Source of the DNA: Puccinia triticina
Lineage: Eukaryota
Direction of reading: 5' to 3'
Assembly (NCBI GenBank): GCA_026914245.1
Contig: CP110440.1
Coordinates: forward strand, 1,674,001-1,738,000
Length of the DNA: 64,000 nucleotides
The notes below the pieces were generated by a model, which had not been told where the DNA came from, did not search any database, and saw only the letters and a list, made by a program, of their open reading frames with translations. Of the stretch, positions 12,528-22,933 are shown in pieces. Numbering within the stretch: the stretch's first letter is position 1; each line of letters begins with the position of its first letter. The translations under genes were made by a program, and so were the position numbers.

Positions 12528-13413
12528 CCGGAACAGACCTGGTCATTGAGGGAAGTATGTACTCCACTCGATGACCGGGATAGATTGACCATTGAGAGGA
12601 GTACATAATCCCCTCAATGACTGGTAAATAGTGCTAGATGCACACATGTGTGCTGGCCGGCCGGTCATTGGGGGAGTGTGCAACTCCGCTCGATGGCCTG
12701 TGCCGGTCATCGGCACGGCTCTAGGGGATAGCCGGGCCCAGGGTTGCTGCCCCTCAAACTTTCTTTTCGAGGGGCTGGGTACCCGACCACTTAAGTTTGA
12801 GCAGGTACAAAGGCCCCGGGGTGGGCTATTGGGGTAGCGGGTGCCTTTTTTTTGGATTAATATTATGATTTTTTTTTTTGCATCACAAGGACACCTTCAA
12901 AAAATCCAATATTTTTTGGAGGGGGCAAGTAAGACCCCCTCTTTTGATCAATCAAAAAAAAAAAATCTGGAAAAATCACCTCCTTCTTTCGGGGGAAGTC
13001 ACTGTGCACAAAGTATTTTTTGGCTTGCGCGCACAGCGGGCTCGACGTTGGGGGACGGTTGATTCGGTGCGCGAAGAGTTTTCCGCTGCTGCGCGAAGTA
13101 GGTCCAAAAATATTTTGAGATTTATAGCAGTAGAAACAATAAAGAAGGCCTTGTGGAACAGGGGGGTTAATTTAGCAAATTTCCTACTAAGGCAAACCCC
13201 CAAAACCTTATCTATGGTGCTCCAAATGGCCCCAATTTTTTGATGCCACAAGAATACACTCTTTAAAACACATGCTGAGATTCACGGCATTAGCACACCT
13301 CAGGGAAAACTTGTGTAGCCGGGGGCTGATTTGGCGGACTTCCTACTAAGGCAAACCCGCAAAACCCTCTCTAAGGTGCTCCAAATGGCCCCAATTTTTT
13401 TCTGCCACAAGAA

Positions 13414-15087
13414 TCCAAGTTTATTAAAGACACAAAAAACTGAGAGCCTCAAAAAAAAAACTTCAAGGGTTCCACCTATAAATACATCAAATGACAAAAA
13501 AAAATACTATGGTTCCTCCTATACAAAAAGCTAAACAAGAAAAAAAAATACAAGGGTTTCTCCTTTACAAAAAGCCAAACAAAACCACACAAAAAACACA
13601 GAAACCCAGCTTTAGAAAACTCAACCTAGCCCTCCAACATCAGAAAAAGTGCTGTGTCCACAGGCTCACCCTCCAGCCCGCATCAAGCGCACGGGTCAAA
13701 AGGGATGGACGTGAAGGCCCCCGGCCCGCAGCAAAGGCTGTGACCAGTGGGGGGCCCAATCTTCGCCCCTCAAACTGCGCAAGTGCGACAGCGGAGAGGT
13801 TGGGGGTTGACGGTAGCTGGAATTACAGCATCCCATGTTGCCCCAGCGGAAGGACAAACGTAACTCGCCTCTTTTTATACTTTGAGCCATACTGTCAAAC
13901 ACCAGCCCAACGCCTTCCTCCCTTCCAAAGCCCTCCATCGCATCTCACCAACCGTAGCAATTGACCCCTATCACCAGTATCCAACAAACCGGCCCTCCTT
14001 GGCGTCAACACTGCCCCCGTAGGTAATACCCAGAAAACCTGTAGCTAATACCACGGTATTCCAGTCCCATCCTCCACTCCACTCGATTCAGGTATGTCAA
14101 ACCCATATCGGAACACAATGCATCATCGCACAGACACAGTACTGACCAGCCCAACCCAGGCCGCTACCACCATGTTCCTTTCCGCGCAGCTCGAGAAAGA
14201 CCACAGCCGCTTAATTGCACGCTAAACCCTACATTTTCTATCACCACACCGACCGGACTTGCTTATCGGCCCCCTACCAGTGGTCTGTTACACCAATTCT
14301 GTCGCCAAACCATTAGCCAACTACATGAGTACCCCAATCTGGAATCAAACCAGACAACCTGATTCGCCTCGCCGGTAACTTGGTGTACATTTTGCAGACA
14401 GGCCAGTTTGGTTTGCCTTGCTGGTACATTTGGTTTACAATTTCGCGACCAGGCCAGTTCAAACCCAATCAATACCGCATCGCCATCGACGCCAGCACCT
14501 CGCAGATTCTCACCCCATCTCTCTCATCAGCCACTTCAGCCGCAGCGCCCCTATCCAGGACCATTTTAAGCGACTTCTCGCGCGCTCCATTGTCGCTAGA
14601 CGAATTTCGCGGTGGATAGCTTCTGGAGGACACGGAGAGGCTTGGAGGCCTGTCATTACAAGGTGTATGTACGGCGAACTCAAGATCGTCTGTTCTGATT
14701 TCATTTGAATTTTATGCCTTTGTATGGGGCGAGCTGCCTCGGTGTTTTAAATCTGTGTGGTGGCGATCATAGTCCAAATGCTATCACATACTGGAGATAA
14801 CTGGTTGGCAAGGGTTTGGCCTCGCCTGGAGTAACTGTTGTTCCAATTAACATAATTTGGAGAATGAAATGCTGCCGTCTTGACGTTGTTACGCCTGTCC
14901 CAATTGCTGAAGCATAAACCTATGGAGGAGTCACAAATATGAAGTGAGGGATGGGCAGTATAGTGTTCAACCTGTTGGTCTTGTTGAGATATTTAAGCTT
15001 TGCCTGCCCAAATTGGGGCCCTCAGGGTGAGCTTGGTTTTTATCGTGGGTATTGAACCCACAGCGGCAAAGCCGCCGTGGCCTCTAG
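13414..15087 (+). mobile_element. Non-autonomous Helitron H1
   Basis: A|TCCAAGTTTATTAAAG ... GCGGCAAAGCCGC hairpin-GGCCTCTAG|T; removing it restores the host subrepeat GCCACAAGAA|TAAA; no TSD. Confidence 0.92.
13660..13850 (-). ncRNA. Candidate Helitron-borne structured RNA, type A (divergent copy)
   Basis: Core CCTCTCCGCTGTCGCACTTGCGCAGTTTGAGGGG on the minus strand; TATAAAAAG on the minus strand starting at 13879. Confidence 0.45.
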
Positions 15088-16670
15088 TAAAATCTTTAAA
15101 ACATATGCTGAGCTTCACAGCATTAGCAAACCTCAGGGACACCTTGTGTAGCCAGGGGGTGATTTGGCGGATTTCCTACTAAGGCAAACCCCTGAAACCT
15201 TATCTATGGTGCTCCAAACGGCCCCAAATTTTTTCTGCCAGATGAATACACTCTTTAAAACATATGGTAAGCTTCAAGGCATTAGCACTCCTCAGGGAGA
15301 CCCTGTGTAGCCGGGGGGCGGATTTGGCGGATTTCCTACTAAGGCAAACCCCCAAAACCTTATCTACGGTCCTCCAAACGGCCCCAGATTTTTTCTGCCA
15401 TAAGAATAAACTCTCTAGAAAATATATCAAGCTCCAAGGAGGTATTAAAAATCAGGAACACCTTCTATTGACCGTGGTGTAGCGTAGTGCAGCGCAAATG
15501 CGCTATTTTTTAGTGTAGCGTTAGTGCAATTGCGTATATCTGCGCTAACGCTACGCTAAAAGATGAAATGGATTTTCACCCTGTGCGCGTACCTTTAGCG
15601 CAGATCCGCAATTGCGCTAACGCTACGCTAAAAAATAGCGCATTTGCGCTGCACTACGCTACACCATGGTCAATAAAAGGTGTTCCTGATTTTCAATACC
15701 TTCTTGGAGCTTGAAATATTTTCTAGAGAGTGTATTCTTATGGCAGAGAAAATTTGGGGCCGTTTGGAGCACCGTAGATAAGGTTTCAGGGGTTTGCCTT
15801 AGTAGGAAATCCGCCAAATCACCCCCGGCTACACAAGGTGTCCCTGAGGTTTGCTAATGCCGTGAAGCTCAGAATATCTTTTAAAGAGTTTATTCTTGTG
15901 GCAGAAAGAAATTGGGGCCATTTGGAGCACCTTAGATAAGGTTTTGGGGGTTTGCCTTAGTAGGAAATCCGCCACATCAGCCCCCGGCTACACAAGGTTT
16001 CCCAGAGGTTTGCTAATGCCTCGAAGCTCAGAATATGTTTTCAAGAGTGTATTCTTGTGGCATAAAAAAATTGGGGCCATTTGGAGCACCATAGATAAGG
16101 TTTCGGGGGTTTGCCTTAGTAGGAAATCCGCCCAATTAACCCCCCTGTTCCACAAGGCCTTTGTGATGGTTTCTACTGTTGTAAATCTCAAAATATTTTC
16201 CAGACAGTGTATCTAGATTGCTGTAAAAGTTTGGGAGCGTTTGGGTGCTCCAGTGAGGAGATATAAATATTTCTCTATTTTCTGGGATTTTTTGTAAAAT
16301 CAAAATCCCAACTCCTGTTTGGGATTGCGGAATTACAATTGCGACTCCCAAAACGCCCCCGGGTCAAAATGCGGTCACGAGGACCCGGGAAAGACGTCCT
16401 GAGGCGGTCCGCGCAACGTAAATTGCGTTTGGGAGTCAATTTTTTAATTTGTGGGAGTCAATTTCTCAACCCCCTATTTATATTGGCTCCAAACGGGGCC
16501 TTTGATCTCAAAGAATGGGTGCATAGGATAAGTGTGATAGAAATAGCTACGGCTTGTAATTCCATTCAGGAAACATATATTTGGCGCTGGAGTTGAAAGA
16601 AAGAGGCTTGTCAGATGGATGTTTAAAGTTGATCTATACCAAGATGCCACAGGAGAATCCAATCAAGAAC

Positions 16671-17509
16671 TTACCCTTTCAAAATTGAAATCACTACAAA
16701 CAGGATAACGCCTATGAGCGCGGCCGGCAAAACAAGTAGACGGATTATTTCTCTCCTTAGCTGCTGTTGCTGAGCGGCCAAGGCCTGCTGAAACCGGGCT
16801 ACTGCTTCAGCTTCTGATTCTGATGGAAATGTTGCAATGTTAGCTTGGATTTCTGCTCCAGCTCGAAGACGGTGTGCGTTTTCTGCTTCAACATCAACAC
16901 ATCGGCAAGTTGGACAGGTAATGTTGTTTTTGAACCATCCTTCTATACATTCAGCGCAAAATTCATGTTGGCATGCAGGAAGCACTTTAGAGGGATATGA
17001 TAACTTTCCAATGCAAATTGCACAGTCATTTGTCTTTGTTTGATCTAGAATTACTATTTGTAGGGCTTCTTCACTAGAGCATGCAAGGTCATTGGATGTG
17101 TGGCTGGAAGTTCCTGGAGCTGGCCCACCGGTTTTTTCTTTTTCACAAAATGGCAACTTTATCTTGGGCTGCGATAAAGCTAGATTTTAGCTCACAGAAA
17201 CCTTGAAATTTACAGCCAAGTCTTATGAAACAAATGTACACACATTTGCGGGTGGTTCTTCATTGAATTGAGTTGGCTGGTGTTGAAACATGCTGGAGGG
17301 ACTAGCGGAGTCTCCAACATGTTCAACTGAATGTGGTGTGAGTTCTATTAAAGATTCTACTTGCAAGCTATTCTCAACAAGCTGAAGATTCAATCATTAG
17401 TGATAAGATTTGAGGATTGTGATCCCATGCTATAATAAAATGAAGAGAGCTTACTATGAGATATAATAACCAGGCAATTATTGCAAACAATAATTTTATT
17501 TATTTTCAC
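16671..17509 (-). CDS. Signal-peptide + RING finger + C-terminal TM protein (candidate E3 ligase); start codon appears to be GTG
   Basis: CAICIGKLSYPSKVLPACQHEFCAECIEGWFKNNITCPTCRC (C3HC4-type RING); C-terminal LLVLPAALIGVILFVVISIL; two upstream GT-AG exons give (V)KIIKLLFAIIAWLLYLI-LVENSLQ...; an in-frame stop lies upstream with no ATG. Confidence 0.78.
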
Positions 17510-17953
17510 AGACTTAATAAGGACACAGAGGTTTTCTGATAGTTTGGGTCAAGGTTAAAAGCACCGCTAATTTGAAGAAGTTTGCTGGGCCCCGCGGTCA
17601 ACTACATGAGCTTTGTTCAATCCTTTGGATTTTGTATTTCCCAAACCAAGGCAAATAATGTACACTGGTTTTGAAACCAAAACAGCCATTCAGAAGCTGA
17701 ATTGCATATTTGTGTCAATCAACAGTGAAATCAATCCAGTACACTTGTTGGCATTTACTGATATTGGATTTGTTTTGGTCCAGATACATGCAGATTGTGT
17801 CACTGATACAATATGATACTTGGTGTGTCACTGGGATGGGACATTGGATTGAGCCCCACCCAATTGATCAGAAAAGGGGTTTTTTTAACACAAGACCACT
17901 GTATCATTTTTTTTCTTCAATAATATACACTCTGACACAGTATTGAATTATTA

Positions 17954-18075
17954 CTAGAGGCCAAGGCGGCTGCGCCGCTGCAGGAGTCAATTTACTTAAG
18001 TCTGTGATCTCCCAGTATATGTTGCAGCTTATTGATATATGACTAGAGACCAAGGCGGCTCTGCCGCTGCAGATT
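17954..18075 (-). mobile_element. Two Helitron 3' termini 89 bp apart (minus strand)
   Basis: CTAGAGGCCAAGGCGGCTGCGCCGC at 17954 and CTAGAGACCAAGGCGGCTCTGCCGC at 18043. Confidence 0.85.
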
Positions 18076-18364
18076 TTGTGACAGTTCTCTCACCACAGTT
18101 ACTAAACTTCCAGGTTGTTAGCTTTAGCTGTAATCCAAGTTTATTAAAGCCTCTGAATCACAAAACAAAAATTCAAGGGTTTCCCCTACAAATATCCAAA
18201 AATTTAAAAAAAAATCAAGGGTTTCCCCTCTACAACTTCCAGAAAAAAAACATAAAGGGTTTTCCCTCTACAAATTCCAAAACAACAAAGAAACATAATT
18301 TTACAACAAAAAAAATACAACTATAACCTGCAACCAGCCACCTAACATCAGCAAGCTGATGCAC

Positions 18365-18557
18365 CGTGGCCCACTGTCCATCCCTGTCTAGCAGGGTTAA
18401 AAAACAGTGAGAGGATGACCCCCAGCGCGCCGCATTGAAGGCATTATGCAAAGGGGGGCCAACGAGTTTAGCCCCTCAAACTGCGCAAGTGCAACAGCAG
18501 AGGGGGTGAGGACAAACCACACGCTGCAAGTACAGCGGCAGAGGATGCCCTGGGGAT
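18365..18557 (-). ncRNA. Candidate Helitron-borne structured RNA, type A
   Basis: Conserved module; TATATAAAAG on the minus strand from 18588, 36 nt before CAGG. Confidence 0.55.
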
Positions 18558-18974
18558 TATCCAAACTCAAGGGCACCTCTTTTATATACGTTCCAGTTCC
18601 CCCAGCAAACTCGCATTGGCTTCCTCGACTTAGCCCTGCATGCCAAGTGCATATAATCCTTGGCGACGATGCCACCGCCACGCCGCTGATGCATCTTTGA
18701 CCCGCGCGGCAGTGACTTCATATGGATGCAAACTACACACCCGGACAAATCGGGGAAAGCCGCGGCGCCATGCTCAGCTTGGCGTCACGGTGATAGGGGG
18801 CGGGGCGCCCAAGGCCAGGTGGCGTCAGGACCCACATCAGGTTGTTGTAAGCCACGCTGGGCGCCTTCGGGTCGCCCGTCCCGCAGGCCAACCCGTTGTG
18901 ATGGTCGGGCAGGCGTCATTCCCTTGCGCTGCGGTGGCGCTGCCGACATGGGAGGTCCACATCAGGCACCCGCA

Positions 18975-19530
18975 CACACCGGTCATCAAGTGGATACATA
19001 ACCCACTCGATGACCGGCACACGCCAGTCATCGAGTGGGTCTCAGCCCGCTCGATGACCGGCACACACCGGTCATTGAGTGGATACATAACCCACTCGAT
19101 GACCGGCACACACCGGTCATTGAGTGGATACATAACCCACTCGATGACCGGCACACACCGGTCATTGAGTTGATACATAACCCACTCGATGACCGGCACA
19201 CACCGGTCATCGAGTGGATACATAACCCACTTGATGACTGGCACACACTGGTCATCGAGTGGGTCTCAGCCCGCTCAATGACCGGCACACACGAGCGGAT
19301 ACATAACCCACTCGATGACCGGCACACACCGGTCATCGAGCGGATACATAACCCACTTGGTGACTGGCACACACCGGTCATCGAGTGGATACATAACCCA
19401 CTCGATGACCGGCACACGCCAGTCATTGAGTGGCTCTTAGCCCGCTCAATGACCGGCACACACCGGTCATTGAGTGGATACACAACCCACTCAATGACCC
19501 GCACACACCGGTCATCGAGTGGATATATCC
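18975..19530. repeat. Palindromic tandem array (~42-bp unit CCGGTCATCGAGTGGATACATAACCCACTCGATGACCGGCACACA)
   Basis: About 13 units; the apparent ORFs here are repeat translations. Confidence 0.92.
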
Positions 19531-20644
19531 CACTCTTACTGAGTCCCTATGCATTCTCAACCTATAGAGGATCATAATTTGAAAATGATTCTATATCTCA
19601 AAAATTATCTTATGAATCTAAAGCATTATCCACTTTTAGAAATCAATTTTGATAAAGATCACAGCTAAATAATTGATATCTTTCTGAATAAAATGTTGAT
19701 TGTTCCCCTTTGGGTATATCCTTGTCTTGTCCTTTTTTGATTTTCTGTGATCTTTAGTGTTGATTAATTAACCATTTGATCAATTTTTGATCGTCCCTCT
19801 TTTTGGATGTACCTTTTGCTCATTCCAAATTACAAAAAAATTGATTTTTCCAGCCAAGTTTGGGAACTATTTGGTCAATTTTCTCCCTGCATGTTTCAAA
19901 GCTGCACTGCTTAACTCCTGAGCCAAACCCATGAATCATCATGAGCAGATTTGAGCTCAAAACAACACTCTGTAGTGGGTGTGTGATCTTGCCAAGCAAG
20001 GCCATGACAGCCCTTGGCATGAGTTGATTATGTGCTACAAAGGTGGGCTGTTAAATTTACACATAACTGTAGCATATCATAAAATATCAAAAACAATAGT
20101 TAGCTAAACGTAGCCTTGAGGGATAAATGAATACCCCTGAAAACAGCAGTTACAGGCTGGCTTTTGCAAATGCAGCCTGAAACACATTGTTAAAGTATTG
20201 TAAATTATTGAAAAATTTATGATTTTTTATTTATTTTATAACAGGGAAATTAAAATGAGATATAAGGGGTAACCTGCAGGATTAGTAGTAAAATGACTGC
20301 TAACACATATAAATCTGTTGTTACACACCCACACAGACTCATAGTCCAAAACTTTCAGGAATTCTTCAATGTTGCATATTATTTGAGCTGATAAACTATT
20401 TGCAATGGTGTTTCACCAGAGAATGAAATATAAGGGGTGTGCAAAGGGCTTGGTAGGAAAATGGCTGCAAACTGTATCACTTTTTGCATAAGAAACCAAA
20501 CAAGATGGGGAATTTTTTTTGATCAATTTTGGAGATTCCAGAAGTAATTCTTGGTTTTCCGGTGGTTTTTCCAATTGATACCAGTGCAGCAAGACAACCA
20601 TTTCTCTTGAGACCCTGCAGCGGCGCAGCCGCCTTGGCCTCTAG

Positions 20645-21090
20645 TCCAAGTATATTAAAGCCTGTAAATCATAGAATGAAACTTCAAGGGTTCTGCCTAT
20701 AAATAAACAAAATCACAAAAAAAAAAAAAATCAAGGGTTCCCCCTTTGAAAAACAAGCAAAAAAAAAGAGGGGGTGCCTTGCAATAGACTACAAAAAACT
20801 CAAACAACACTTGTATTTTAACAGAAAAGTCTCCATGGCGCCTGCCACCCAACACCAGCAAGCTGGTGTATCGTGGCCCACTACCCATCCTTGTCTAGCA
20901 AGGTCAAAAAGCAGTGGGAAGATGACCTACAGCGGTTAAGCACAGGGGCGTCACCGAATAGTCCCCCGCTAAACTGCGCAAGTGCTACAGCGGGCGGGGG
21001 TGAGACAATCCCCCGGGCTGGAAGCCAAGCCCGCAAGATTGCCTGAGGGAAACACGACCATGCAGGCAGTCCTTATATAGGCAGTCTTGA
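20645..21090 (+). mobile_element. Helitron H3 5' region (3' end not located)
   Basis: TCCAAGTATATTAAAGCC begins immediately after the CTAG of H2. Confidence 0.8.
20872..21050 (-). ncRNA. Candidate Helitron-borne structured RNA, type A
   Basis: Covariant stems CCCCCGC/GCGGGGG and CCTTG-CTAGA-CAAGG; TATATAAG on the minus strand from 21079, 34 nt before CAGG. Confidence 0.55.
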
Positions 21091-22933
21091 GTGAATTTGC
21101 CTTGCAAGCCATACACAAAACCAGACCGAATCCAATTACGACCCGTACCTACCATTGCCCCTCATACAGCAACCACCCTCCTCTGGATCCAGTCGCGCCA
21201 TAAGCCACGCTACTTGCCCAGCAACCCACCGCAAGCCTAACGTCTCAACCCCAACCAAGACGCCCTTGGTTGCCCTTGGCGAGCGTGTCATAGCAACACT
21301 CATCAAACTTCTCCGGGCAAAACCTTTTTTTAAGGATGAGGTGTGCTTCTTTTTGATCGCCTCATAAGCATGCGTCTTATGCAAGCAAGGATCCCGATTT
21401 GATTTAACACGCGCCAAAGGATGTTTTGAACACGCTTGGCTCACCGCCGCTCTTGCATTTACTCAGGACCATCACGCTGAGGCTCTGGTGCTTGATTGGA
21501 CGGGTTTGCAAAACAGACACTTGGAAAAAAGTCGCCGGTCCACGCAACAAGTCAAGTGATGAAAAGGCCGGCTGCCAGAGCACCTCGGTGGTCAGGTCCA
21601 CTTCTTTGTAAGCTTGGAAGACTCAACACTTGGCTGCAGGAAACGTGACCTCAAGGCTCTGGCAGCCCCGCGGATCTCCTAATTTGCAAAGTCTACGGAC
21701 TTGGAACCTTCCCCCATCTCCCAACACAGCATGGGCGTAGCACTTGAATATCAGTCCACGTAGGTTGTCAAAATCGTAGTCTAAACTGTAGTTGCCAGTA
21801 CTTTGGAGGAATGGCTTCAGGTCAGTGTGAATTTGCCGCGCGAATCTGTCAACTACTGCCTTCTCAACTCGGCGTGATGCCCATGCCTACTGATAGTGAG
21901 CAAGATTTCCATTGGGATGTCTACATAGGTGTATCACATGATGTGAATACTCTCCGTCAGGCCTTCTGTCCCGATGTGCATATAAGATATTGATCAATTG
22001 ACCTTAGTTGATGGCTTGAGTCAGCTTCGCGACCAGATCATGCAACACAGCATCCGTGTTGCCAGATGCTTTGAATTCAGCTGAGGCAAAAGCTAGAACG
22101 TATCTTGCCACACCGCCGAACCACGCAGAAAGCTGGTCCATGAGGTCTGTCGGCAATATTTAGCTCGTCTCCATGTTAAATTTGCCGCCTTGTATCATCA
22201 TGGCCAGCGTCCACGAAGTCATCATCACTCCCCCGGCGAAATTAGTAGCACTTAATCCAGACAAATTGCCAATAGACCTTGACAATGATGATGAGCAGAA
22301 AAATCCAGACATGATACATATTAATAACAGTGATGAAGACAAGCAGAAAAACCCTTCCACATTGGGTCAACCCCCCCCCCCCCCCCTCACTCCTGACGCC
22401 ATAGATACTGCTGATAGTGACGATGAAAACGCACCCGAGTGCAAATCATTGGATCCCTGTGCTCAGTTGATCCATTTGCACAGTTACGGGTTTCTTAAGC
22501 CCTTTACTTGAGGAATCGAATAAAACTTCTTTAATTCCATTACGTTGAAACGCTCAGACCAAATAGATAATGAGTCTCAAGGATACGGATGACCCATGGA
22601 GGAACCCCAGATGAGCCATAGTGGAATCCCGGATTGCACGTTGACTCATAGATTAGTACAATGGGAAATCTATCCCCGGAGCAGTGCACGTAAACCCAAC
22701 ACACAAGTCAAGCACCACCATGAGGATGCTTACTTGTATAAAGCAGGATACCTGTTCCCATTTGCACTCCATTGATAGCTTTCTCCAACTTGGCCCGGAG
22801 CCACCTCCCTTAATCTTCCATCATTTTTATGGTGCATCTTAGTTCATTCAATTACTCTGTCATCAATAGTTAAACTTGCATCTGTGCAAACAGTCTTTTT
22901 CCTTTTCGCCCTAATTACTTCCATCAACTCACA

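Larger units (their letters stand above)
9129..13106. mobile_element. Non-autonomous long-TIR DNA transposon (CGGAC family, 8-bp TSD)
   Basis: ~470-bp TIRs (9129-9600 vs 12620-13106); TSD AAGATATT/AAAATATT; internal GATGACCGG palindromic array. Confidence 0.85.
8981..16340. mobile_element. Foldback-like element with long inverted arms, ~120-bp subrepeats and a central palindrome (~15400-15740)
   Basis: 8981-9120 is the reverse complement of ~16200-16340; TTCCTACTAAGGCAAACCCC subrepeats in inverted arrays at 13110-13410, 15090-15400 and 15740-16150. Confidence 0.75.
6716..16500. mobile_element. Harbinger-type TIR pair enclosing ~9.8 kb of nested insertions
   Basis: GGCCCTGTTTGAAGCCGATATAAATA at 6716 and TATTTATATTGGCTCCAAACGGGGCC ending 16500, both flanked by TTT; same TIR family as the 5676 MITE. 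Confidence 0.6.
18134..20644 (+). mobile_element. Non-autonomous Helitron H2
   Basis: A|TCCAAGTTTATTAAAG ... GCGGCGCAGCCGCCTTGGCCTCTAG|T. Confidence 0.88.

Noticed and set aside
18975..19530. CRISPR-like look of the palindromic arrays (also 8117, 9590, 12161, 36200)
   Set aside because: No unique spacers, eukaryotic context and no cas genes; these are tandem repeats, and their ORFs are artefacts.
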